Assembly: GCA_030324005.1 (NCBI GenBank)
Contig: JARDVH010000124.1
Location: forward strand, 34,120,580-34,184,579
Direction: 5' to 3'
Source: Negaprion brevirostris
Lineage: Eukaryota
Length of the DNA stretch: 64,000 nucleotides
The notes beneath the pieces are model-generated. The model was not told the origin of the DNA. It searched no databases and saw only the letters and a list, made by a program, of their open reading frames with translations. This document shows positions 12,445 to 25,894 of the stretch, one piece after another; positions within the stretch are counted from its first letter, which is position 1, and each line of letters opens with the position of its first letter. Position numbers and translations under genes: made by a program.

Positions 12445-13360
12445 CAGCGTCATAGTGGTAATGTCACTAGACTAGCAATCCAGAAACCCAGATTAATCTG
12501 GGGACATGGGTTCAAATCTCCACAGCAACTGGTTGGATTTATAATAGCTCTGAAATTAAATCATTTAAAACCCTTTCCTGGTCTTGCCTACACATGATTC
12601 CAAACTCACACCAATGTGGTTGACTCTTAAACGTCCTTTAACATGGCCAAACAAGCCACTCCCTTGTGTCAAACCACTGCAAAATCCAAAAGAAATAAAA
12701 TCAAATGGATCAGTTGGCCTAGGCACTGGAAATGACAGACACCGAGTCCTGTTGACCCTGCAAAATCATCTGTTGTAACATCTGGACGCTTGTGCCAAAG
12801 TTCATATGAATTCAGGAATAAACCAGTTGGCCTCTTCAGCCTGCCCTGCCTTCCACATAATCTTTTATCCTTCCTTGTTAATCATGAATCTATCCAGCTC
12901 AACCTTAAAATAGTCAAAGGCTGTGCTTTCACTGCCTTTGGGGAAGGATGTCCAGACACACACAACCCTCAGAAAAAAAATTCTCCTCATTTCTGCCTTA
13001 AATGAGTGACCCCTTACTTTTAAAGGCACCGACCAGTTATTCTAAGTTCTTCGACAAGAGGAAATTTCCTCTCCACATCCACTCTATCAATATCCTTTAG
13101 GATCATAAGCATTTTGATCAAGACCTCTCTTATTTTCCTGAACTTTAGTAGGTTTGAACCTAACCTCTCCTTTCTTCATAACACAAAATCAGATTTGATT
13201 TGGGGAGCTGCCAAATGTTTCACTTGGAATTGAACAAGTGAAATAGCAGGGAATGGTTTAGATCCATCAACATTTGGATTATGGGCGAGACAGACTTCTG
13301 CTGTGCCATTCAGTAAGCTGTCCTACAGACTAGTGAAACAACAGATTGTTATAGTTGTCA
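12445..13360 (+). mobile_element. 5' end of a LINE headed by the tRNA-SINE-like module, interrupted by an inverted CR1 3' fragment (~12800-13180)
   Basis: The SINE-like head runs into gttgaccctgcaaaa..aacatctggacgcttgtgccaaag (NIWTLVPK). It resumes at ~13315 as KLSYRLVKQQIVIV, an endonuclease N-terminus. Confidence 0.65.
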
Positions 13361-13877
13361 AGGAGCTGCCTAGCAGCAAATGTAATAAGAATTTAAAATG
13401 GCCTGATGATAGAAATCTGCCCAGCAACAACAAGAGCCAACATTTCCAGGGGCAGGCAAGCCTCTAAAAGTGATCAGTGCATTTCAAAGATATGAGAGCA
13501 AATAAAGATTATCAGGCATGATTTACTCCAGCAGTAAAAACATTAGTCAGTCAACTCTAGAGAGAAAAAAACAAAAAGGGCATAACTGCTCTTCCCCCAC
13601 TCCCTTTAGAAACAGCCAGAGGCCTGCAAATCACAGCCAGGAAGCTAGGTACCATTTCGTAGCTAAGGGGTCCTGTAACATCTTTCACATCTCAGAAATG
13701 CATTTAATTCTTAGAGCCAAGGGATTGCAAGAAACATTTGTAAAGGCAGTTTAAATATTTTCTGGACCAGGAAAAGCAATTTCCCAGACTTGACCCTCAG
13801 CCTTCTATTGTGTGACAAATATAAGTTGAATTTGACTTATAAATTTATTTATCATAGAATCCCTACAGAACAGAAGG

Positions 13878-14403
13878 AAAGTAGAGGTGTTGGTGGGCTT
13901 TCTTAACTATAGTGTTGGCATGGGGCAGGGGGGGGACCAGGACAGATTGTTGGTGACCTAGACACCTAAAAATTTAAAACTCTCAACCTTTTCTACTTCA
14001 TCCCTATCAATGAAGGCAGGGCATGTTCTTCCATACACTTCTTGAAGTCAATGACAATCTCCTTCATTTTGTTGACATTGAGGGGGAGATTATTGTCACC
14101 GCACCAGTTCACCAGGTTCTCTATTTCCTCCCTGTACTCTGTCTTGTCAGTATTTGAGATCCGACCCACTATGGTGGTGTCGTCAGAAAACTTGAAGATT
14201 GAGTTGGAGGGGAATTTGGCCATACAGTAACAGGTTTATAAGGACTATAGTACGGGGCTGAGAACACAGCCTTGTGGAGCACTGGTGTTGAGGATGATCG
14301 TGGAGATGGTGTTGTTGCCTATTCTTACTGATTGTGGTCTGAGAGTCAGGGAGTTCAGGATCCAGTTGCAGAGGGAGGAGCTGAGGCCCAGGCCACAGAG
14401 TTT
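13878..14403 (-). mobile_element. Rex1/Babar-like LINE RT fragment
   Basis: Encodes [30 protein letters not shown] and IFKFSDDTTIVGRISNTDKTEYREEIENLVNWCGDNNLPLNVNKMKEIVIDF. Confidence 0.9.
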
Positions 14404-15885
14404 NNNNNNNNNNNNNNNNNNNNNNNNNNNNNNNNNNNNNNNNNNNNNNNNNNNNNNNNNNNNNNNNNNNNNNNNNNNNNNNNNNNNNNNNNNNNNNNNN
14501 NNNAGCAAATCAGCCATGTTCTTATTGAGTGGTGAAGCAGGTTTGAGGGGCCTGCTCCTAGTTTGTATGTTCATAAAGGGTACGGGTTAACAACATATAT
14601 ACAAAATGCCTCACCGACATTTTCTTCTTTGTTCCTTTAGTATATTCTACCCATAAATTCTCAGATTATCTTTTCTAAGTAGGAAAGGTGCTATGATTGA
14701 TAAGCAGTTGCAGTAACATTCTGAAAAAACAGATATATTATCTCATTATTTTATCCAATTCTCTCGAATGATTTTCTACAGGAATTGTTTACTGAGGTAT
14801 CATGACATTTGTGGGTAATAGCATGTGATTAAGTGTAACAGAGCAAAGTTAACCAAATGTATCCAAATCTGAGTAAATTGTGATTCAAGTTAAATGCTTT
14901 AATTACAGTCAGGATTAGAATAGTACTCTATCTAAAGTGTCAGACAAAAACACCTATTAAATTACAGTCCACCCTTCTTATTAATTTGTGTTAATGTGTA
15001 TTAATGGAATAATTATATTCCATTCAGATCAGTAATGTTACTTCAACCAGTTAGGGCAATGACTAGCTGTTTATCTTGTGATTCACCTGGTTCCTTCAAT
15101 TCTGAATGAGCATTTCTACCCAATTCCAAAATCCATTTTATTTTCATTTGGTCTTTACAGGTCATAAAGTACTTTAAAAGTCACCAATGCCATACATTTT
15201 GCAAACAATATGAAGTTGCATAGCCACAGGTTTTCAGTATATCCTGCAGATGCAGTCCCTGAATTTAGCAATTTAACAAGCAACAGGAGACCACTGTGTT
15301 AAAAAAAAGTGGTGCTGATGCTTTCTATGTTTTTGGATGGTTTCTGGAATAAACAGGAATTTTGTGGGTGGATTCTTGAACAGAATTTGTTTCTATTCTG
15401 TTATGGCTATGTGACAGTTCTCAACCTGCTCTGAGACCTTCCATGCCTATCCTCATCAAAGCTATGATGATATCATTAGAATATATTAAAATGAGCAACA
15501 ATAGCACTGGAGTTCTGAAATCCCAGGACCTACTCTCCCATTGGATATTGCGATATACTTGTTGCCAGCATTGGCTGGCATAGCTGGAAGTATTTTACTT
15601 TGGATTCAAAAGCCTGGAGAAACTTTCAACATTTCTGAAGTTACTGAAGAGATTTTAAAACATCATTTTGCTTTGCCTTCCACTAATTTGAACTGGACTT
15701 GCTGCTAAAAGCCTGAAGGTGCTGAAATCACCAGGAAATATTTGCCCCCACTCACAATATGAGGTTCTGAGTGCCAACTTTGGGATTCCCAATGGACATT
15801 CTCTGATGTGCAATTATAATGGAAGGGGACCAGCACAGGGTGGATGAAAGATGGATAAGACAGTGTTTGAGAAGATATCTGACAA

Positions 15886-16950
15886 GATTTGATTTGATTT
15901 GATTTGGTTTATTATTGTCACATGTATTACTATACAGACAAAACATACCATTCATAGAGAAGGAAATGAGAGAGTGCAGAATGTAGCTATGATGTAGAGA
16001 AAGAGCAACTCAATGCAAGGTAAGTCCATTCAAAAGTATGACAGCAGCAGGGAATAAGCTGTTCTTGAGTCAGTTGGTACGTGACTTCAAACTTTTGTAT
16101 CTTTTTCTCAAAGGAAGAAGGTGGGTGTGTGGGGTCCTTAATTATGCTGGTTGCTTTGCCGAGGCAGCGGGAAGTGTAGTCAGAGTCAATGGGAGGCCAG
16201 TTTGTGTCATGGATTGGGCTTCCGGCCTTTTGTAGTTCCTTGCGGTCTTGGGCAGAGCAGGAGCCATACCAAGCTATGATACAACCAGAAAGAATGCTTT
16301 CTATGGTGTATCTGTAAAAGTTGGTGAGAGTTGTAACTGACATGCCAGATTTCCTTAGTCTGCTGAGAAAATAGAGGCTTAGATGGGCTTTCTTAACTAT
16401 TGTGTCGGCATGGAGGAACCATGACTGATTGTTGGTGATCTGGACACCTAAGAACTTGAAGCTTTCAACTCTTTCTACTTCATCCCCATTTGATGTTGAT
16501 AGGGGCATGCCCTCCATAATGCTTCCTGAGGTCGATGACAATCTCCTTTGTTTGGTTGACATTGAGGGATAGATTATTGTTGCCACACCAGTTCACCAAA
16601 TTTTCTATCTAATTCCTGTACTCTGCCTCGTCATTGTTTGTTTGAGATCTGTCCCACTACAGTGGTGTCGCCAGCAAACTTGAAAATTGAATTGGTGGGG
16701 AATTTGGCCATACAGTCATAGATGTATGAGGAGTATGGTGGGGAGCTGAGAACACAGCTTTGTGGGGCACCGGTGTTGAGAATGATCATGGAGGAGGTGT
16801 TGTTGCCTTTCCTTACTGATTGTGGTCTATGAATTAGGAAGTTCAGGATCCAGTTGCAGAGGGAGGAGCTGAGGCCCAGGCCACAGAGTTTGGAGATGAG
16901 ATTTGGAGGAATAATGGTGTTGATGGCTGAGCCACAGTCAATAAATAGGA
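15886..16950 (-). mobile_element. Rex1/Babar-like LINE, 5'-truncated, with (AAATC)n 3' tail
   Basis: Encodes [21 protein letters not shown] and VESFKFLGVQIT..IVKKAHLSLYFLSRLRK..FYRYTIESILSGCIIAWYG; gattt repeats at ~15886-15906. Confidence 0.92.
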
Positions 16951-17920
16951 TATCAAGGAAGCATTTGACCCAGTGTGAACTCAAGGAACTCTATCAAAAC
17001 TAGAGTCAATGTGAGTGATGGATAAAACTCTCCATTGGTTGGGGTCATTTCTAGTACAAAAGAAAATGGTTGTGGTTGCTGCAGGTCATTACTGCAGGAG
17101 TTCCACAAGGTAGTGCCCCAGGTCTCATCTGAAGTGAGAATGTTTTCTGATGTTCGCACATTTTTCTGCACCATTCGAAAGCAGTCTGTGTCCATATGCA
17201 GAAAGACCTGGACAATATCCAAACTTGGGCTGACAAGTGGCAAACAACATTCGTGACTCACAAATGTCAGGTCATGATCAATATAATGATTGTATGGCCC
17301 ACTCCACTAAAAAAAACATTCTGTGTATCAACAAGAATGTCCTATTACCTTTTTCCTTTTTTTCATTTCTATGGACACAGATAAGCTGTTTGCTTCGAAA
17401 TAGTTATTTTGCAGTCCCATCACAGAAACTGATTGAACTATTAGTAAATTCCATTGACTGTAATTATGAGGAAAGTTATTTTTATTTTTCAATTAACTCC
17501 TGGGATGTGGGCATTTCTAGGCCAGCATTTAGAAACTCATCAGCATCTAGGACAAAGCAGCCCGCCTGATTGGCACCTCATCCACTGCCTGCACTGCAGC
17601 ACCTCACCCACAGTTCCTCCAAACCTGCAACCTTGATTTCCCAGAAGGACAAGTGCAACAGATGCATGGGAACATCATTACTTTCAAGTTCCTTTCCAAT
17701 TCTTGCACACTCCCTATTTGGAACTATATCGCTGCCGTTCCTTCATTGGCGCTGGATCACAATCTTGAGACTCCCTTTCTAATAGCACTGTGGGTATATC
17801 TACAACACTAACTGCAGCGGTTCAAGAAACTAGCTCACCACCAACTTAAGTTCAATTCGTGAGCAGCACTACACGCTGGTCTAGCCAGCGATGCCCCCAT
17901 TCTAGGAATGAATTGAAAAA
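16950..17920 (+). mobile_element. LINE RT and 3' end fragments (family sharing the SINE tail), carrying an internal inverted duplication
   Basis: DIKEAFD-like motif, AGVPQG-like motif, MQKDLDNIQTWADKWQTTF; 3' tail ctagccagcgatgcccccattctaggaatgaattgaaaaa. Confidence 0.75.
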
Positions 17921-20868
17921 TATAAACAACAACTTTCTGACAGTTACAGTAAATGGAATTCACCAAGTTCAATCAATTTCTGTGATGGGACCGCAAAATA
18001 ATTATTTCAAAGAAAATAGCTCATCTGTGTCCATAGAAATAAAAACCAGATAATAACAGAACATCCTTGTTGACACACAGTACGTTTTTTTTTAGTGGCG
18101 CGGGCCATACAATCTTTTGTATTGCAAGAGGTAAGTCAGCGAGAAAATGCCCAATCGTCATCAAGTTGATCGAAAAGCTATAGAGAACAAAGCACTTATT
18201 TCTCAAGTAGTTGCTTTTTTCCATTCATGACAGGTATCCCAGAAACTGAATAGTAGTGTAACTGGGTAACAGAGTCCAGACTTCGGTTTGCAATTTTGGA
18301 TACTGTCACTACTTTTAAAAGCAGTTGTAGATCACATGGCCTAAACCTGTAATTGGAGTTATCGCAAATAGAAGGTATAATGCTGAATGTTGAAACTGTC
18401 AAGAAAAAATAAACTTTAAAGTTTAGGCCCTATTTGAATTTGTAAGATGTTCAAAGCTCACTTTGGATGAAAGATTAACATATTTCAACAGAATCCTATC
18501 AATCCCACTAATATCTCACACAAAACATGGTTACGAGTTAATGGAAGATAAATATTAATATTTTGCACGGGAAATGTTCTGATCTGTGAATCTCCTGGAT
18601 AAAGATTATGTACGGTAAAGGTCATTGTGAAATAATAGGTGATGTCAAAATTTCCCGAAATTACATTTCGTGAGGTTGCACTACAAATGTCTGGACAGAG
18701 CATTGCACTCATACTTGTTTATAGAAGATGCAGTAGCAGAATAGGCTAATCTAAAACAAATGACATGTTTATAGACCACGATAAAGCCTGTACAAAACTA
18801 AATTACTCTGAAGTTTGTACAGAATCAAGTGACAAGTGACAGATCTTCAGAGTCATTCGAAATGCCAAGCATTAACTACAAGACCAGCACCAATCACAAA
18901 AAGCTGTTTGTTGCTTATTACAGACAGCAACACGGACACATGGGTCTGATGAGGCTTAAATTATTTTAAATATAAATGTGAGGACAAATGCTTTTTAAAT
19001 AGGGCCAATGATCTTTTTACATTAATATTGGTTATGCTGATTCTAACATTTTGAAGACACTTGTTCCTAAAACTTTCCGGCATATTTTCTCTTTGATACA
19101 AGTCTCATATAAAACATGATCATTAAGGGGACAAGGGAAAAATTAGGCATCATCAGTGCAAATGACCACTGGGAAGCCCATGGATTAGAATGGCTGACCA
19201 TTTGTGCAGAAACAGATCTGTGGTAAGGATGATTTAAGAAAAAAGAATAGCTCGAAATGAAAGGTTTGTAAACAGTTGCATAGATTGCTATAACAAGTGC
19301 GCAACTCCCAGAAATTTGAGCCATGTGTAACTCCTGTCCAAATTCACTGGTTTACGCAGTAAACATTAATCTTGTCCCTGTTTGTTGCAAACAAATTTCC
19401 CAAGGGAACGCATTTTTAAAAAAAATTTACCCTGTGGAAGCTCAATCAGGTAACAATATGCAAATAAGTGCTCAGATTTTCCAGATAATTCTGATCAATT
19501 GAAAAGTGAGATGCAATATGTAAAGTTTTACTTTTATTATTGGAGCTTTTTTTTCCCAATCACACAATTGCCAACAGTGAAGTTCAGGTATTTTTCTATT
19601 TTCAGTGGTTTATATCTATGGATTACATGTCAAGCTTGAAAAATTGTAGTTTAAACAGTGTCACATCTCAGCATAAAGGAGAGGACGCTTCAAGCATGAT
19701 TTAAAGAGTGGTGTTCAATGCCCTGCTTTTGATACTGGCATATGAATAAAACTTAGGCAGCTTGTTATTTCTATAAATATCCCTCAGCAGCTTCAGAACT
19801 ACAAACACAGCATATCTCCAGTTTGAAGTGTGGCATAAATCTTTGCACTAGCTCAGTTTTTACATTTACCTCCAACTACTCTCGAAGCCAGGGAGATTTG
19901 TACAAAGCACTTCTGCAATATCTTTCACCAAGTAATGCCAATTTTAAAATTCCACATGCACACTTTGGTCTATTTCTAATGTTGTTTCTTTAAAGAGCTT
20001 TTTCACTAAATCTATTTGCTATTTCATAGGTCTGATAGAGATGGGAGAAAGCAATTGTTTATCAGTGTGCAAAAGGAAAAACAAATCACAACCAGAAATT
20101 ATAGACTCACGCTAGCCGGAAATATTGACATAATTCTGCATGCAAAAGTATTAACTTGCAGTCAGGTGACTTAGTCCATGTTCTAAAGTGATCTTTTTGT
20201 CATCATTTGACGTCTGATAGTGATCAAGTGAAATCATTGACCTGAAATGAGTTCACCCAAACAACATCAATGGCATACATTTATTTGCCTGTGAGTATCC
20301 AGCTGACATCATTGGTGTTCAAATGAAAATGGAATGATGCTGAATCAGCTCCCAGCTAACTTCAACAGTGCTCACAGCAAGTACTTTGGCGTTGCTTAAG
20401 TGCCCACAGATAGAAATGTAAAAGTCCTTGCAGTTGGAAGTTTAACTAATTCCCTGCAATGTGGTTTAACTCCAGGTACAAGCAGGCTGGCCTTGGCACA
20501 TTCACCTTCCAATTTCTGGTGTCACAACAAAATATCCAACAAACTCTTGACATGCCTCTATCTTGTCTACTCCACCCTCCCTCACTGACCACCTGACACC
20601 CCCTGCCTAGCCCATCCCCACCCTCTCCTATCCTCAATCTATTCCCCCAACTCCTCTTATCCCCATCTCTAAACCCACCTTCTAGCCCTAGTTCCCCCTT
20701 CCCACCCTCCCTCTCCTCCTATTCCTCAATCTCTTCTTACCCCCACCCCAACCTCCACCAAAACTGCAAGTCATGTTGAGGTCAACTGGAAGTGACGTCA
20801 GAGGTTTGCTCAACGTAAATGCAACTGCGTGGGACCATCTCAGATGTAAGACTTGGACTGTGGACATT

Positions 20869-21066
20869 GGGAGAGAGGGACAAAGACAGGCAGACAGAGA
20901 GAGAGGGAGAGACAATGAGAGAGAGCGAGTGCAAGGAAGAGACAGAGAGAATGAGAGAGAGAGAGAAAGACAGCGAGAGTGAGGGAGGGATAGACAGTGA
21001 GAGAGAGCGGGAGAGACAGAGGGAGCGAGAGGGAGAGACAGGGAGAGGAGTGGGGGAGAGACAGAG
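20869..21066. repeat. Degenerate (GA)n/(GACA)n purine microsatellite
   Basis: Direct inspection; it runs into an N-gap. Confidence 0.95.
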
Positions 21067-22649
21067 NNNNNNNNNNNNNNNNNNNNNNNNNNNNNNNNNN
21101 NNNNNNNNNNNNNNNNNNNNNNNNNNNNNNNNNNNNNNNNNNNNNNNNNNNNNNNNNNNNNNNNNNAGGCTCGAGGGGCTAGATGGCCTACTCCTCCTCC
21201 TATTTCTTATGTTATGTTCTTATTTCCACTCAAATCCCCTAGACATACACTGAACTGCCCCTGAACCCTGTCCAAACTCCCCCCTCAAATCTCCCCCCAG
21301 CCTTCCTGCTGAACTCCCTTCCTGAACTCTGTCCCCACCCCATCAAACTCAGACTTTGAATGGTTTGGATTTTCTGAAGAATAAAAACAGAAAGAAATGG
21401 GAAAAACTCAGCAATTGTGGAGCGCGAGTCCAATTAGCTTCCTCTTTGGAGCTGACCTGCTGGTAGCCTTTCAAGTATTGTTTGGTTTTATTGAACATGC
21501 ACAACATTTTGTTTTTATTTTTTAAGCAAATACTGTCCCCCCACCAAACCCGTTAAACCCAGCCCTTGATCAACTCTCCCACTTCTTCCAGGTCAGGAAA
21601 TGGAATATTACTTTCCAAAGGTGCCATATTTACTTTATTACTTAAATCATTGACTATTTCTGCATCAGCCCCAGCAAAGAGTCCATTGTTTCTCCCCAGA
21701 GTTGCTGACCCTGGTGTTATCAGCACAGCAGAGACAGTGGAGAAGCATCATAGGAACATTAATAGGCAGTTTGGCCTCTTAAGCCTGCTCCATTATTCAA
21801 TGAGATCACGGCCGATCATCTACTGGGATATCTCTTACCCATACAATCTCCATCATATCCCTCCATATCAAAGCCTTGAACATGCTGTGTCAGTTGTCTA
21901 GGTAGTTGGCATGGGGCTCAGAATCATGCCAACAGCGTGGATTCAATTCCCTTTCCAGCTGAGGTAGATTTGGGATTGGTCTCCTTGCCTGTTCAATGCT
22001 TGACGTAGAGTGGGGCTACTCAAATTATATAACCAATCTTCCCGCTCTCACTGGGAAAGATCCCTTCAGCCCCTTGAAAATTATAACTAAATGCCTGAAG
22101 AAAGGGCAAACATGGCAGCTGTGAGAGAAGTTATTGGGGAAAAAATTTGAAAATGAGTGGCAAGATTTGTTTATTTTTTTCCATCTTAACATATAGGAAG
22201 CTGCACTGATATCATCCTAATTGCTTTGATACCTAATGACTGCATTTAATGCCTATAATACCCAATGATCACTTTTGAACACAAATGATCACTTCCACAA
22301 ATTTAACAAGCTGCGTTCCTTTTGTTGAATGCTTCAGTGATCTGTGATCAATACTTAGTCCAAACTGCACCATTTGAAGTCAGATCACTTTTGAGTTTCT
22401 AAAATCAAACACTGAATTGGTGTTAGACCTATTGGGCAGTGGAAAAAATACTCAGGATATGAGCATTTCTTGTCAAGCCAGTATTTATTGCCCATCCCTG
22501 GGTGACCCGAGATGGTGGTGCTGGATCCCCTCCTTGATCTACTGCAGTGGAATGCATTTGATACAACTGAGTGGCTTGCAAATCACTTCAGAAAGTGACC
22601 ATACCGGTATGGACTGGAGTCACATACAGGTCGGTCTTTAGGCCAAGAA

Positions 22650-23150
22650 TACTACACACAGTTCTGAAGGCCATACTCCCAGAAGTTAGTAAAGAATTTG
22701 GAGAGGGTACCAAAAAGGTTTACCAGGATATTGCCTGGTTTGGTGAGTATTATGAGGAGAGATTGGATAAACTTGGTTTGTTTTCACTTGAACTTCAGAG
22801 GATGAGGGACAACCTGATAGAAGTTTACAAAATTATGAGCAACATGGTTGGAATGGGTAGTCATAGTTTTTTTTCCCCCCAGGGGATGTGGGTTTAAGGT
22901 AAAAGGGGGAATTGTAAAGGCAAGTCTTTTTTACACGGAGGGTTTGAAGTGCCTGGAATGCATTGCCAGAGGTGGTGTAGAAGCAGATACAATAATGTTT
23001 AAGAGGCATTTTGACAGATAAACAAATAGACAGGGAATAGAACGATACAGACCATGTAGAGGCAAAAGGTCTTTAAGTTTAGAAAGGCATCATGAGTCGG
23101 TGCAGACTTGGCAGAACAAAGGGCCTGTTTCTGACTGTTCCTTGTTCACC
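22650..23150 (+). mobile_element. CR1 ORF2 C-terminus and 3' UTR
   Basis: Encodes YEERLDKLGLFSLELQRMRDNLIEVYKIM. Confidence 0.88.
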
Positions 23151-23676
23151 CCTAAGATTCCATAACTGCAGGTTCCTGCCAAACCTTTAAAGATCATTGA
23201 TGAACAAATCCATGTTTTCTCCTGGTTTTCGCTTCTCTTGTTAAGTATTGCTCTAAAATTAGCAAATGCAGTGCTTGCAGGACTTCTTTAATCAGAAGTG
23301 TTAGCCTCATCGAGGCTGACAGAGACATCCTGAATTGGATAAGGAAATGCTTGCTTTCTTGTATTTTATTAATATTACTAATACCATTAATGTTGTTGAT
23401 GGTAGTGGTGCTACGTGGAGGTAAGTTACTAGTAGAGTCCGACAGGTAATGCTGTTATGATCATTGCTCAAACGATGCGTGCTTTAATTGATCCGCACCA
23501 GAGATGAAATTTCTATTCTCTGAAATTATGGTAAGTGGTCTTAACAGTTGATGCTCTCGTGTGAGCTTAGGTTAAGATATATTGACAAGAGAATGTGACT
23601 ATTTAAGGCTTCTCTATAGCTGGAAGGAGATGTGCATTTGTTTGTGATGGAATGTAAACTTCTGGAATTTACAACC

Positions 23677-24055
23677 ATAAAGAACATAAGAACATAAGAA
23701 ATAGGAGCAGGAGTAGGCCATCTAGCCCTTCGAGCCTGCCCAGCCATTCAGTAAGATCATGGCTGATCTGTCGTGGATCAGTTCCACATTCCAGCCCTCT
23801 CCCCATAACCCTTAATCCCCTCGCCTGTCAAAAACCTATCTACCCGCGTCTTAANNNNNNNNNNNNNNNNNNNNNNNNNNNNNNNNNNNNNNNNNNNNNN
23901 NNNNNNNNNNNNNNNNNNNNNNNNNNNNNNNNNNNNNNNNNNNNNNNNNNNNNNTGTCCTGCGTCTGCATCACTGTACCGTGTGCAGTCTGCTCACCAAC
24001 CTCACCTCCCTCGTTCTCGTCCAGACTGGAAACAAGAACCTCAAACCTGTTACAG
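23677..24055 (-). mobile_element. Young CR1; 3' tail left of a gap and ORF1-like sequence right of it
   Basis: (CATAAGAA)n tail and 3' UTR nearly identical to 58595-58720; right of the gap NRFEVLVSSLDENEGGEVGEQTAHGT resembles the CR1 ORF1 linker. Confidence 0.75.
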
Positions 24056-24694
24056 CAAGAGTTGTTGCAAAGATGGGGTGATGCAAGATGAATTGTGCCA
24101 ATAGGAGGAGTGAATTTAGACCATCTCTCAACAAAATGAAGGAGGAATGGGAGACTGGAGGATAAAAGTTGAGAAATGGTCATTTTTGTTGGCACAGTGA
24201 TACCATGGTATGACTCTTCTGGATGCAGATCAACATCACTTCAAAGACAAAACAAAGTAAAGGGACATTGCCAGTGCTAACACCACCAAGATTTCTTGGT
24301 GTCTTGAGAGATGTAAACTTCTACTTGATTCATAAATACTAGTTATTTGCACCTTGTACTTCAAGCACAACTGAGGGCCCTAGAGTTAGAAATGAGTCAT
24401 TTAGACCTTGAAGTTTGTTTAAATTAGAAGGATTTTATACCCAGAAACCTTTCAACTGCTAGCACCGATCATTTGTATTCTACCCAAGGCTCTGAACTAA
24501 AATTTACTGAGCAGCTCAGAGTGTGGGGTGTAATCACCCCGGCGGCTCTAAAGAGCACCAGCTGTAGCACATAGCAAAAAGAAAAAAAAAAGAGTATTAG
24601 GATGCATCATTAAGGCAATCCAATATAAAAATTACAAACAATTTAGTTTGTGTCTGCAAGAGCTTGTCAAGCTCTTTAAGAATAAAGTTAAAAG

Positions 24695-24940
24695 GTTTAT
24701 TTACATGTGTCACAAGTAAGCGTACATTAAAACTGCAATTAAGTTGCTGTCACCACACTCCAGTGCCAATTTGGGTACACTGAGGGAGAAGTTAGCTTGG
24801 CCAATCCACCTAACTAGAACATCTTTCAGACTTTGGGAGGAAACCGGAGCGCCTGGAGGAAACCCACACAGACATGGGGGGGAAATCAAACCAGGTCCTG
24901 GCGCTGTGAGCTAGCAGTGCTAACTACTGTGCCACCGTGA
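24695..24940 (-). mobile_element. HE1-like V-SINE
   Basis: Reverse complement of HE1 head, V-domain and tail. Confidence 0.85.
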
Positions 24941-25894
24941 ATGTCCTCTCACATGGGCAGTAACAGAGGCACTGGAAAAGGTTCAGCTAAAGGCCAGTAA
25001 ATTGATGTCTAGTTTAGGTGCTCTTCGGTATCGTGACAGGCTGAGAGATATTCCCTTACTTTAGAATTGCGCACACAGTGGGGAGATTTGGTTGAAGCAT
25101 TTAGAAAAAAGAAGAGACCAGCACAGCAGGTCAACTTTTGGGAACAAATTGGCACAGTGAATGCAGCTTCACTGCTGGTGTTCAAAAGGGAGCCTGAAGT
25201 GTTCCCAGCTATCACCACATACAAAAGTTAGATGGTATGTTAGGTGATGTATATCTGGATCACTGTGATCTCCTGTAATTCATGCTGAATGGCTTTTGGG
25301 GGAGTTCAGATTTTGGGGAAATTTCTCCTTGTTACTTGAAGTGACAGGCTTTTTGTTTTGCCTCACTCACGAGATAACATGTTGGTGGGTGGGCAGCATT
25401 AGCAGCCATGATGCTTACCTGAAACATGATTGCATTAGACAGGCTCAGAGAACTAACTGGTCTTTTCCTGTTTATCAGTTTACTATGTTATTATCATCAA
25501 CCTTGTGGTGCTTTTCGAACTTGTCATTAATGAAACAGAGTAAAAGATTACTGGAGTGACAAATAATTTATTGTTACCTGATCTAGAAAAAGTATATTTA
25601 GTGGTCTAATTTTCACTGGCTGGTACAAAGTACAAAGGTTGCACTCAGTGGTAGCACAATGTGCAAAATTTACTGTTTTGCCCTTCCTTCCACCATAGAT
25701 AGTAGCAAGCTATTGTCAGGAAGATAATGGTAGAATGAGTTAGCATTGTGTGTGATCTTTCATAATTTTTCTCTTACACAGCTAAAGACAAAATTTATTC
25801 CTGATATGTTCAGCAATTAACTGGAATTATATTTTCGAAGTTTTAATAGCCTCTAGCAGCGATATGTTACTTCAGCTTCTATTTCTCAGGTTTT

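Noticed and set aside
14770-14830. ttttctacag GAATTGTTTACTGAGGTATCA as a possible USP32 ELHMDLSDIVE exon
   Set aside because: In-frame TGA after 7 codons and only weak similarity.
20773-21253. Arg/Glu-rich ORFs
   Set aside because: They are translations of the GA microsatellite and an N-gap.
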